From Mobula hypostoma (lineage: Eukaryota): a stretch of DNA of 64,000 nt. The stretch's first letter is position 1. Every line of letters begins with the position of its first letter. Made by a program: the position numbers and the translations under genes. The notes below the pieces were generated by a model. That model saw only the letters and a program-made list of their open reading frames with translations. It did not search any database and was not told where the DNA came from. The stretch is taken from assembly GCF_963921235.1 (NCBI RefSeq), contig NC_086097.1, positions 252,590,001 to 252,654,000 of the forward strand, in the 5' to 3' direction. Positions 23,500 through 35,629 of this stretch are shown here, one piece after another.

Positions 23500-23925
23500 A
23501 AAGTAGTGGAAGGGGAGAGTTGCGCTACGAATCAGGGCCAATATCACAGCTGCACACAGAATGCACATAATGGAGGGCTCGTCCCAGAGGCTATGTGGGT
23601 AGAACACAAAAATAGGAAGGGTGCGATCACTCTGATGGGATTCTACTACAGACATCCCAGTAGCTATTAGGGCAACTGATATGCAGGGAGATTAGGAAAA
23701 GTTGTAGTAATAATGGGGTTTTTGTCATGGGGGGCAACTTCCCTAATATAAATTGGGACCTTCTGAGTGCAAGAGGTTTAGATGGGGCAGGATTTATTAG
23801 GTGCATCCAGGAGGGTTTCTCAAATTGGTATGTAGATAGTCCAACAAGAGAAGGAGCTGTACTGGGTAATGAGCCTGACCAAGTGACCAATCTTGGGGAA
23901 CAGTGACCACAACTCCTTAAATTTC
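23500..23925 (+). mobile_element. CR1 endonuclease fragment, old
   Basis: EAMWVEHKNRKGAITLMGFYYRHP..GNEPDQV. Confidence 0.75.
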
Positions 23926-24264
23926 AAGACCATATAGGAGCAGAATCGCCTGCCTTCTCCCTGTATCCCTTCATGCCCTGACCAATCAACAATCTATCAA
24001 CCTCTGCCATAAGGACTTGGCCTCCATAGCTGCCTGTGACAAAGAGTTCCACATATTCACCACTCTCTGGCTAAAGAAATTCCTCCTTACCTTTGTTCTA
24101 TTCTGGACTGCGTCCTCTGGTCTTAGACTCTCCCACCATAGGAAACTTCCTCTCCACATCCATTCTATCAAGGCCTTTCACCATTTGATACGTTTCAATG
24201 AGGTCACCCCTCATTCTTCAGAATTCTCATGAGTACAAACACAGAGGCATCAAACGCTCTTCAT

Positions 24265-24975
24265 ACTTTATTGTCGCCAAACAATTGATACTAGAATGTA
24301 CAGTCATCACAGCGATATTTGATGCTGCGCTTCCCGCTCCCTGGATTACAAATATTAAATATTAAAAATAGTAAAAATGAGTAAATATTAAAATTTTAAA
24401 TTATAAATCATAAATAGAAAATAGAAAAATGAAAAGTAAGGTAAGTGCAAAAAAATCCGAGAGGCAGGTCCGGATATTTGGAGGGTACGGCCCAGATCTG
24501 GGTCAGGATCCGTTCAGCAGTCTTATCACTGTTGGAAAGAAGCTGTTCTCAAATCTGGCCGTACAAATCTTCAAGCTCCTGAATCTTCTCCCGGAGGGAA
24601 GAGGGACGAAAAGTGTGTTGGCTGGGTGGGTCGTGTCCTTGATTATCCCGGCAGCACTGCTCCAACAGCGTGCGGTGTAAAGTGAGTCCAAGGACGGAAG
24701 ATTGGTTTGTGTGATGTGCTGCGCCGTGTTCACGATCTTCTGCAGCTTCTTTCGGTCTTGGACAGGACAACTTCCATAACAGGTTGTGATGCACCCTAGA
24801 AGAATGGTTTCTACGGTGCATCTATAAAAATTAGTGAGGGTTTTAGGGGACAGGCCGAATTTCTTTAGTTTTCTCAGGAAGTAAAGGTGCTGGTGGGCCT
24901 TCTTGGCAGTGAACTCTGCTTGGTTGGACCAAGTCAGGTCATTTGTGATATTGACCCCGAGGAACTTAAAGCTTT
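24265..24975 (-). mobile_element. Rex1/Babar 3' end, young, with an open reading frame
   Basis: FKFLGVNITNDLTWS..KKAHQHLYFLRKLKKFGLSPKTLTNFYRCT..NSFFPTVIRLLN*; gcgacaataaag tail. Confidence 0.9.
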
Positions 24976-26739
24976 GAGTTTTATCTTCATATGGCAAGCC
25001 GTTCAATTCTGGAATCTTTTTCATGAACCTCCTATGAACCCTCTCCAATTTCAGCACATCCCTTCTAAGATAAGGGGTCCAAACCTGCTCACAATACTCC
25101 AAGTGAGGTCTCACCAGTGCTTTATAAAGTCTCAGGATTACATCCTTACTTTTATATTCTAGTCCTCTTGAAATTAATGCTAACATTGCATTTGCCTTCC
25201 TCACTACAGACTTAACCTGCAAATTAACCTTTAGGGAATCCTGCACAATGACTCCCAAGTCCCTTTGCCCCTCAGTTTTTTGTATTTTCTCTCCATTTAG
25301 AAAATAGTCAATTCTTTCATTTCTTCTACCAAGGTGCTTGACCATACACTTCCCAACACTGTATTCCATCCGTCATTTCTTTGCTGATTCTTCTAATCTG
25401 ACTAAGTAACTCTACTTCCTCAAAACTACCCACCCATCCAGCGATCTTCATATCATCTGCAAACTTTGCAACAAAGCCATCAATTCCATCATATAATGTA
25501 AAAGGAATCTGTCCCAACACAGACCCCTGTGGAACACCACTAGTCACCAGCAGCTAATCAGAAAAGGCTCCCTTTATTCTCACTCTTTGCCTCCTTCCAA
25601 TCAGCCACTGCTTTATCCATGCTAGAATCTTTCGTGTAATACCATGGGCTTATAGCTTATTCACAGCATCAAATGTGGCCCCTTAACATCCACCAATTCT
25701 CCTTTGTCTATCCTGTTTGCTAGTTCTTCAAGGAATTCCAGCAGATTTGTTAGGCAAGATTTTACCCTTGAGGAAACCTATTTTATCATGTGCCTCCAAG
25801 TATCCTGAGATTACATCCTTGATAATCAACTGCAACATCTTCCCAGCCACTGAGGTCAGACTAACTGGCCTATAATTTCTTTTCTTCTGACTCTTTCCCT
25901 TCTTGAAGAGTGGAGTGACATTTGCAATTTTCCAGTCTTCCAGAAACATTTCAGAATCTAGTGATCCTTAAAAGGTCATTACCAATGCCTCCATAATCTC
26001 TTCAGCCACCTCTTTCAGAACCCTGGGGTGTACACCATCTGGTCCAGGTGACTTATCTACCTTCAGACTTTACAATTTTCCAAGAACCTTCTCTCTAGTA
26101 ATGGCAACTTCACACACTTCATGACCCCTGACACCTGGAACTTCCACCATATTGCTAGTGTCTTCCACAGTGAAGACTGGTGCAAAATACTTATTCAATT
26201 CATCTGACATTTCCTTGTCCCCATTACTACTACTCCAGCATCATTTTCCAGTGGTCCAATATCCACTCTCATCTCTCGTTTATACTTTATGTATCTGAAG
26301 AAACTTCTGGTATCCACTTTGATATTATTGGCTAGCTTAGGTTCATTTTCCATCTTTACCTTCATAATGACTTTTTTCATTAGTTTCTGATGGTTTTTAA
26401 AAACTTCCCCATCCTCTAACTTCATACAAATCTTTGCTCTATTATTTGCCCTCACTTTGGCTTTTATGTTGGCTTTGACTTCTCTTGTTAGGCATGGTTG
26501 TGTCATCTTGCCTTCAGAATACTTCTTCCTCTTTGGGATGTATATATCCTGTGCCTTCCAAATTGCTTCCAGAAATTCCAGCCATTGCTGCTCTGCTGTC
26601 ATCTCTGTCAGTGTTATTTTCCAATCAATTCTGGTCAACTCCTCTCTTATGCCTTTGTAATTCCCTTTACTCCATTGTAATACTGATACATCTGACTTTA
26701 GCTTCTCCTTCTCAAAATTCAGGGTGAATTGATCATATC

Positions 26740-27635
26740 ATGGTGTTGTGGATGATGAGGTAGGTTTTCAAAACTTGCAGAGAGATTTAGGACAGTTAGA
26801 AGAGTGGGCTGAAAGTTGGCAGATGGAGTTTAATGCTGAAAAATGTGAGGTGCTACATTTTGGTAGAACTAATCAAAATAGGACATACATGGTAAAAGGT
26901 AGGGCATTAAAGAATGCTTTAGAACAGAGGGATCTAGGAATAATGGTGCATAGTTCCCTGAAGATGGAATCTCCTGTGGATAGGGTGGTGAAGAGAGCTT
27001 TTCGTTTGCTGGCCTTTATTAATCAGAGCATTGAGTATAGGAGTTGGGATGTAATGTTGAATTTGTATAAGGCATTGGTAAGGCCAAATTTGGAGTATTG
27101 TGTACAGTTCTGGTCACTGAATTATAGGAAGGATGTCAATAAAATTGAGAGAGTACAGAGGAGGTTTACTAAAATGTTGCCTGGGTTTCATCTCCTAAGT
27201 TACAGAGAAAGGTTGAACAAGTTAGGTCTTTATTCTTTGGAGCGTAGAAGGTTGAGGGGAGACTTAATAGAGGTATTTAAGATTATGAGGGGGATTGATA
27301 GAGTTGACATGGTTAGACTTTTTCCATTGAGAGTGGGGAAGATTCAAACAAGAGGGCATGGGTTGAGAATTAGAGGACAAAAGTTTAGGGGTAACATGAG
27401 GGGGAACTTCTTTACTCAGAGAGTGGTAGCTGTGTGGAACGAGCTTTCAGCAGAAGTGGTTGAGGCAGGTTCGTTGTTGTCATTTAAAGTTAAATTGGAT
27501 AGATATATGGACAAGAAAGGAATGGAGGGTTATGGGCTGAGTGCAGGTCGGTGGGAATAGGATAGGGCAAGAGTTCGGCACGGACTAGAAGGGCCGAGAT
27601 GGCCTGTTTCCGTGCTGTAATTGTTATATGGTTAT
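26740..27635 (+). mobile_element. 5'-truncated CR1, young (270-aa open C-terminal ORF2)
   Basis: ORF 26748-27560; (atggttat)-type tail. Confidence 0.95.
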
Positions 27636-27799
27636 TATGATCAGTTGTCACGAGGGTTCTTTTACCTTAAGCTCTGTAATCAATTCTGGTTCATTACACA
27701 ACACCTAATCCAGAACAGCTGATCCCCAGTGGGCTCAACCACAACACTGCTCTAAAAACCCTTCTCACTGGCACCCTAGAAAATCGCCCTCTTGCAATT

Positions 27800-28060
27800 G
27801 ACACCCCAGGTGGTGCCCTCTTTGGGCACCACCTCTGGAAGATGTCCTCAATCGTGGGGAGGTTGGTTCCCATCATGGAACTGTCTGGTTCGATGACTTT
27901 CTTAATCCTCTTGCAATCCTGTGCATTGGCACATCCGCGCCAAGCTGTAATGCAGCCAGTCAGAATGCTTTTTATGGTACAAGACTTTGATGATGTACCA
28001 AATCTCCAAGTTCCCAACGAAGTAGAACCAGTGGTATGCTTTCTCCATGATTGGTGCAGA
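27800..28060 (-). mobile_element. Rex1/Babar fragment
   Basis: CTIKSILTGCITAW..AQDCKR..LPTIEDIF. Confidence 0.75.
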
Positions 28061-28189
28061 AGGCACACGTACTCCCTGTCTGAATGCCCAGGTCACCGAC
28101 TGATTGGTCACTGATCGACTCTTTTCTTGCTGCTGCTTCACAGATTTACATTACTGCTTGTTTTAATTCAATAGTTCCAGTGCAAAGGA

Positions 28190-28530
28190 CACGCCTCATA
28201 GAAAACATCAAAATTAGCTCGAAGAAATTCAACAAGACATCGAAAAACTGGGAAGTCATTGCACCTAATAGATACACTGGAGGAAATCCGTTCAAGAGAG
28301 AGCTGCTACAGGAGATCAACCTCCCCCGTGCTGCAGAGGACAAGTGACAGCTGTGAAAGGAGAGACTGAACAACCAACAGACCCAACCACTAACCACAGA
28401 CACCACTTACTCCTGTCCACACTGCAACAGTATATATGGATCCTGGATCGGCCTCAACGGACACCTGAGGGTCCACCAATAGACAACCCCTCAGGAGAAC
28501 ATCATACTCAACTCGAGTGATCCCACTGCT
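28190..28530 (+). mobile_element. RTE LINE 3' end
   Basis: C-terminal C2H2-like YSCPHCNSIYGSWIGLNGHLRVHQ*, then catcatactcaactcgagtgatc RTE-type tail. Confidence 0.75.
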
Positions 28531-29040
28531 ACCATATGTAAACACGCACCTTGCACTTTGTGGATAGTAGGCTATAGTCCTGGTGCAGGCCGATGGGAGT
28601 AGGCAGCTTAAATGGTTTGGCATGAACCAGATGGGCCAAAATCCCTGTTTCTGTATTGTACTTCTCTATGACTCTGTGGCTCTATTTATGACAACCTGTC
28701 AGTCTTCATTTAGCTGAGTACACGCGTATGGTTGAATGACAAAACATTTGAACTTGAACATGAAAAGTGCCTCATGTTCAAAAGAGATTTGGTGAGCTGA
28801 AGGGCCGATTCCAACAGTGTATGGCTCTATGGCTCTTCCCCAGTCAAATAACCAGGCTTAAGTGATGAGCTGATGCAGAAGAAATAAAAGCATTGGCTAT
28901 TTTCTAAATGGAGAGAAAATTCAAAAATCTGAAGTACAAAGAGACTTGGGAGTTCTCATGCAGGATTTGCAGATTGAGTCAGTGGTGAAGAAGGCAAATG
29001 CAATGTTAACATTCATTCTGAGAGAACTAGAATATAAATT

Positions 29041-32000
29041 GGATGGTATGTTACCTCCGAGCTGCCAGGGTCCAAGAGATCTTGGATGGAGTCCTCAGCA
29101 TTAAGTGGGAGCGTGAACAGCCAGAGTTCGTGGTCCACGTGGGTACCAATGACATGAGCAGGACGAGTGACGAGGTTCTGCAAGGGGAGTTCAGGGTATT
29201 GGGTGCTAAGTTAAGAGGCAGGACCTCCAAGGTTGTGATCTCAGGTCTGCTACCCATGCCATGTTCTAGCGAGGCCAGAACCAGGAAGATTATAGAGTTT
29301 AACACGTGGCTAATGAGTTGGCATAGAAGGGAGGCCATAAGGTTTTTGGATCATTGGGCTCTCTTCTAGAGAAGGTGGGACCTGTACAGAAGGGATGGTT
29401 TGCACCTGAATTGGAAGGGGACTAATATCCTAGTGGGAAAGTTTGTAAATGCTGCACGGTCAAGTTTAAACTAGAATTGCAGGGGGATGGGAACCAGAGG
29501 GCCTGAACAGTTAGTGGAGAGGTTGTGGAGGCAGATGTTGGTAAGACCTCAGACAAAGTCAGAAATCAAAAGGCTGAGCATGGCGTGACTAGTGTCCTGA
29601 GCTGTGTATACTTCAATGCAAGAAGTATCGTAGGAAAGGCTGATGAGCTCAGAACATGGATCAACATTTGGAAATATGACGTTGTAGCCATTAGTGAGAC
29701 TTGGTTGCAGGAGGGGCAGAACTGGCAGCTCAGTATTCCGAGGTTTCGTTGTTTTAGACGTGACAGAGGAGGAGGGGTGGTAATACTAGTCAGGGAAAAT
29801 GTCATGGCAGTGCTCCGTCAGGACAGACTGGAGAACTCAAATAGTGAGGAGTTATAGGTGGAACTAAGAAATAAGAAAGGTATGACCACATTGATGGGGC
29901 TACATTACAGACCACCCAATAATGCTGAGGATTTAGAGGAACAGATTTGTAGAGATCGCAGACTGTTGCAAGCAACATTAGGTTGTTATAGTAGGTGATT
30001 TTAACTTTCCACACATTGACTGGCAGTCCCATACTGTAAAAGGACTAGATGGGATAGAGTGTGTCAGATGTATTATAGAAACATAGAAACATAGAAAACC
30101 TACAGCACAATACAGGCCCTTCGGCCCACAAAGCTGTGCCGAACATGTCCCTACCTTAGAACTACCTAGGCTTTACCCGTAGGCCTCTATTTTTCTAAGC
30201 TCCATGTAGCTATCCGGAAGTCTCTTAAAAGACCCTATCGTGTCTGCCTCCACCACTGCCGCTGGCAGCCCATTCCACGCACTCACCACTCTGTGTAAAA
30301 AACTTACCCCTGACCATCTCCTCTGTACCTACTTCCAAGCACCCTAAAACTATCCCTCTCGTGCTAGCCAATTCACCCTGGGGGAAAGCCTCTGACTATC
30401 CACACGATCAATGCCTCTCGTTATCTTGTACACCTCTATCAAGTCATCTCTCATCTTCCGTCGCTCCAAGGATTAAAGGCTGAGTTCACTCAACCTATTC
30501 TCCTAAAACATGCTCCCTAATCCAGGCAACATCCTTGTAAATTTCCTCTGCACCCTTTCTATGATTTCCACATCCTTCCTATAGTGAGACAACCAGAACT
30601 GAGCACAGTAAAGTTTCCTTGATAAATAGACAGATGTCCCAACAAGAGAGCATGCGATACTGGATCTGCCATTAGGGAAAGACACAGGACTAGTGACAGA
30701 AGTTTGTGTAGGGGAACACTTTGCATCCAGTGACCACAATGCCATTAGTTTCAAAATAAATATGCAAAAAGCTAGATCTCGTCTGCTGGTTGAGATTCTA
30801 AACTGGAGAAAGGTCAATTTTGATGGTATCAGAAATGATCTGGCAAGTGTAGATTGGGACAGGCTGTTTTCTGACTAAGGTGAAGTTGGAAAGTGGGAGA
30901 CCTTCAAAAACGGAATTTTGAGAGAACAAAGCTTGTCTGTGTCTGTCAGAATAAAAGGTAAAGATAACAAGTGTAGGGAACCTTGGTTTTCAATAGATAT
31001 GGAGGCCCTGGTTAAGAGAGAAGAGGAGGCACATAGCAGTCTGGGCAAGTAGGAACAAATGAGGTGCTTATGGAGTGCAAGAAATATAAGTGAACACTTA
31101 AGGAAGAAATCAGGAAGGCTAAAAGAAGCCATGAAGTTGCTGTAGCAGTCTACAGGTAATGTTAAGAGCAAAAGGATTGCAAGGGACAAAATTAGTTTTC
31201 TGCATGATCATAGTGGTAATCCATGTGTGGAGCCAAAACAGATGGGGGAGATCTTTGCATTTGTATTTGCTCGGGAGATGGCCACAGAGTCTATAGAAGT
31301 GAGGCAAAGCGACATCAACTTCACAGACCCTGTACGGAGTACAGAAGTGAAGGTGTTTGCTACCCTGAGGCAGATCAGGGTGGGATAAATCCCCAGGGCC
31401 TGACAAGGTGTTCCCTTGGACCCCACGGGATGCAAGTGCAGAAATTGCTGGGGCCCAAGCAGATATTTAAAACATCTTTAGCGACCGGAGGATTGGAGGG
31501 TAGCTAATGTTGTTCCATTGTTTTAAAAAGGCTCGGAGCAGAAACCAGGAAATTATGGGCCAGTGAGTCTGACATCAGTTGTGGGAAAGTTATTGGAAGG
31601 TGTTCTAAGGAACCAGATATATAAGTATTTGGATAGACATGTCTTCGTTCGTGGGAGGTCATGTCCAATCAATCTCATAGTTTTTTGAGGAAGTTACCAG
31701 GAAAGTGGATGAAGGCAAGGCATTGGGTGTTGGCTGCATGATATAGGGAGCCCTGAGTGACTGTAGGGCATTTGACAAGTTTCTGCGGGAGAGGCTAGTC
31801 AAGAGGGCTCAGTCGCTCAGCATTCAGTATGAGGAGGTAATTTGGATTAGACATTGGCTTTGTGGAAGAATCCAGAGAGTGGGCATAGAGGGCTGTCTCT
31901 CTGACTGAAGGCCTGTGACCAGTGGTGTGCCACGGGGATCGGTGCTGGAGCCTTTGTTGTTTGTCATCTATATCAATGATCTGGATGATTTTATGGTTAA

Positions 32001-32905
32001 CTGGATCAGCAAATTTGTGGATGACACCAAGACTGGTGTTGTACTGGACAGTGAGGAAGGCTATCATGGCTTACAGAGGGATCTGCATCAGCTGGAAAAA
32101 TGGGATGAAAAATGGCAGATGGAATTTAATGCAGACAAGTGCAAGGTTTTGCATTTTGGTCAGACCAACCCAGGCAGGTCTTACACAATGAACTGTAGGG
32201 CACTGACGAGTGTGGTAGAACAAAGTGATCCGGGAATACAGGTACATAATTCATTGAAAGTGGTCACAGTTAGAAGGGATCATAAAGAAAGCTTTTGGCA
32301 CATTGGCCTTTATAAATCAATGTACTGAGTACAGGAGATGGAATGTTATGTTGAAGTTGTATAAGACGTTGGTGAGGCCTAATTTGGAGTATTGTGCGCA
32401 GTTTTGGTCACCTACTTGCAGGGGAGATGTAAACAAGGTTGAAAGAGTGCAGAGAAATTTACAAGGATGTTGCTGGGTCTGGAGAACCTGAAGTATAAGG
32501 AAAGATTGAATAGGTTAGGACTGTACCACTTGGAACGTAGAAGACTGAGAGGAGATTTGATAGAGGTATAGAAAATTATGACAGGTATAGCAGGCTTTTT
32601 CCACTGAGGTTAGGTGGGACTACAACCAGTGGTCATAGGGTGAGGTTGTAAGTTGTGAAGTTTAAGGGGAACATGAGGGAAAACTTCTTCATTCAGAGGG
32701 TAGTGAGAGTGTGGAACGAGCTGCCAGTACAAGTGCTGCATGCAAGCTCGATTTCAATGTTTAAGAGAACTTTAGATAGGTACATGGTTAGTAGGGTTAT
32801 GGAGGGCTATGGTCTGGTGCAGGTTGATGGGAGTAAGCAGTTGAAATGTTTTTGGCGTGGACTAAAATGCTGAAGGGCCTGTTTTTGTGCTGTACTTCTC
32901 TATTA
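29041..32905 (+). mobile_element. CR1 LINE (3' ORF1 plus ORF2 plus tail), degenerate, hosting a minus-strand CR1 3' end (about 30075-30610)
   Basis: VVHVGTND..VVISGLLP (ORF1); YFNARSIVGK..VVAISETWL; ASSDHNAI; VPRGSVLEPLLF; FVDDTK. Confidence 0.9.
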
Positions 32906-32985
32906 CAAGTAAAAGCAAGGACGTAATGTTGAGGTTTTATAAGGCACTTGTAAGTCCTCTGTTGGAGTATTATGAGTAGTTTTAG

Positions 32986-33616
32986 ATTATGAGGACTCGC
33001 AGTCCTCTTTTATTGTCATTTAGTAATGCATGCATTATGAAATGATATAATGTTCTTCCAGAATGATATCACAGAAACACATGACAAACCCACTTAAAAA
33101 CCGACAAAAACCACATAATTATAACATATAGTTGCAACAGTGCAAAGCAATACCGTAATTTGATAAAGAACAGACCATAGGCACGGTAAAAGTCTCAAAG
33201 TCTCTCAAAAGTCCCATCATCTCATGCAGACGGTGAACCTCCAGCGCCGCAAACTTGCCGATGCAGCATCCTGGAAGCATCCGACCACAATCCGACTCCG
33301 AGCCTCCGACCAGCTCTCCGACACTGAGCACCGAGCATCATCTCTGCCGAATGCTTCGGCTCCGGCAACAGGCAACAGGCAATAGGCAAAGCCGAGGATT
33401 TGGGGCCTTTCCCTCCGGAGATTCTCAATCACACAGTAGCAGCGGCAGCGAAGCGGGCATTTCAGGAGTTTCTCCAGATGTTCCTCCTTGCTCCTCACGG
33501 CTGTCTCCATCAAATCAGGATTGTGCACGGCCCCCTAGCTATCACATATCGATATCATTCAGAATGGCCGCACGCACTACATTGCGCCGCCATCTTCTCC
33601 TCCCTCTTCCTACTCC
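32986..33616 (-). mobile_element. 631-bp non-coding, CpG-rich non-autonomous retroposon with Rex1-like ends and a 13-bp TSD
   Basis: tgagtagttttag at 32973-32985 and 33617-33629; 5' aagatggcggcg; 3' atgacaataaaa-gaggac-tgcga-gtcctc stem-loop. Confidence 0.8.
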
Positions 33617-34599
33617 TGAGTAGTTTTAGGCTCCTTACCTATGAAAGGATGTGCTGAGATTGAAGAGGGTTCGGAGGCGGGTTCACAATAATGATTCCAG
33701 GAATGAAAGAGTTACTAAACGAGGACTGATTGATGGCTTTGGGCCTCTATTCACTGGATTTTAGACGAATGGGGGGGAAATCTCATTCAGTCCTATTGAA
33801 TGTTGAAAGACCTCGATACAGTGGATACGGAGACTATGTTTCTCATGGTTGGGGTGTCTTGGTCCAGAGGGCGCAGACTCAGAATATAGGAATGTCCATT
33901 TAGAATGGACATGAGAAGGAATTTCTTCAGCCACAGAGTGGTGAATCTGTGGAACTTGTTACCACAGGCAGCTGTGAAGGGCATGTCACTGGGTACATTT
34001 AAGGCGGAGGTTGATACATTCTTCATTGGTCAGGACATGAAGAGATAATGGGAGAAGGCAGGAGGGGGGTTGAGAGCGAAATGGATCAGCCATGATGAAA
34101 TGGCAGAGCAGACTCGAAGGGCCAAATGGCCTAATTCTGTTCCTATGTCTTATGTTCTTATGGTAGGACTCCGTCTGAGGAAGATTTGGTTGAAAGCCAA
34201 ACGTGGAACCATAGGGGTTCCTTTATCCAGCTGGTTTCCCCATGTCACATGCTGAAGTGATTACCATTCTGCTAAATAATTCTGCCTTACTACCACAATA
34301 TTTTAAAACATGTATTAGAGACTTCTAAAACATAAGATCTCACTATAGGGGCCACTCAAAGGTAAAGGCAAAAAATGTTAAGGGGTTGTGAAGGAATGGA
34401 ACAACATTGAAACCTGTTAACAGGGGAAGTGGTTATTGAAATACTGACACAATCAGTGGCGAACGTGGAACTGGAGGCTGTTATTTAAAAACAAGTCATG
34501 TTACAAAAGGGTCCTGAGGAAAGGTAAACAAGTAATAATGAAGATTCAGAGTGTGAGTTTCCAGAATATTGTGGATAGGAACATTTGTGAAGTATGAGA

Positions 34600-35625
34600 C
34601 ATCAGTAATGATCTTTCAAAAATCATTGGACTCTGGCATGGTGCCAGAGGACTGGAAAATTGCAAATGTCACTCCGCTCTTTAAGGAAGGAGGAAGTCAG
34701 CAGAAGGGAAATTATAGACCAGTTAGCCCGACCTCCAAGATGTTGGAGTCAGTTGTTAAGGATGAGGTTATGGAGTCCTCAGTGGCACAGGACAAGACAG
34801 GACAAAGTCAGCATGGTTTTCTGAAGGGAAAATCTTGCCAGATAAACCTGTTGGAATTCTTTGAGGAGATTACAAGGAGATTACAAGAAGGATGGATAAA
34901 GAGGATACAGTGGATGTTGTATATTTGGACTTTCAGAAGGCCTTTGACAAGATGCCACACATAAGGCTGCTTACCAAGTTAAGAGCCCATGGTATTACAG
35001 GAAAGTTACTGACATGTTTAGAGCATTGGCTGATTGGTAGGAAGCAGCATGTGGAAATAAAAGGATCCTTTTCTGGTTGGCTGCCAGTGACTAGTGGTGT
35101 TCCACAGGGGTCGATGTTGGGACCATTTCTTTTTATGCTGTATATCAATGATTTAGATGATGGAATAGATGGCTTTATTGCCAGGTTTGCAGGTGATGTG
35201 AAGATTGGTATTGGGCAGGTAGTGTTGAGGAAATGGATAGGATGCAGAAGGACTTAAACAGATTAGGAGAGTGGCTAAGGAAGTGGCAAATGAAATACAA
35301 TGTTGGAAAATACATGGTCATGCACTTTGGTAAAAGAAATAAATGTCCAGACTATTTTCTAACTGGGGAGAAAATCCAAAAATCTCAAATGGAAAGGGAC
35401 TTGGGAGTCCTTGTGCAGAACACCCTGAAAGTTCACTTGCAGATTGAGTCAGTGGTGAGGAAGGCAAATGCAATGTTCACATTCATTTCAAGAGGTCTAG
35501 AATACAAGAGCAGGGATGTGATGTTGAGCTCTTATAAGGCACTGGTGAGGCCTCATCTTGAGTATTGTGAACAATTTTGGGCTTCTCATCCAAGAAAAGA
35601 TGCATTGGCTTCAGAGAAGGGTTCA
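34600..35625 (+). mobile_element. CR1 RT fragment
   Basis: WKIANVTPLFK..YLDFQKAFDK..VPQGSMLGP..LVRPHLEYCEQFW. Confidence 0.92.
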
Positions 35626-35629
35626 AAGG

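Larger units (their letters stand above)
23930..27730 (-). mobile_element. CR1 LINE ORF2 plus 3' end, degenerate, hosting a Rex1 (24265-24975) and a plus-strand CR1 (26740-27635)
   Basis: [47 protein letters not shown]; sequence resumes across both inserts. Confidence 0.9.
28890..34160 (+). mobile_element. Old CR1 3' part (28890-29040, 32905-32985, 33617-34160) split by nested insertions
   Basis: Reading continues across the inserts: ctagaatataaa|aagcaaggacgtaatg and gagtagtttt|aggctccttacc. Confidence 0.8.

Noticed and set aside
24503..25369. 288-aa ORF that looks like a novel fusion protein
   Set aside because: Chance in-frame junction of a CR1 C-terminus with a nested Rex1 3' end; no promoter, start or splicing evidence
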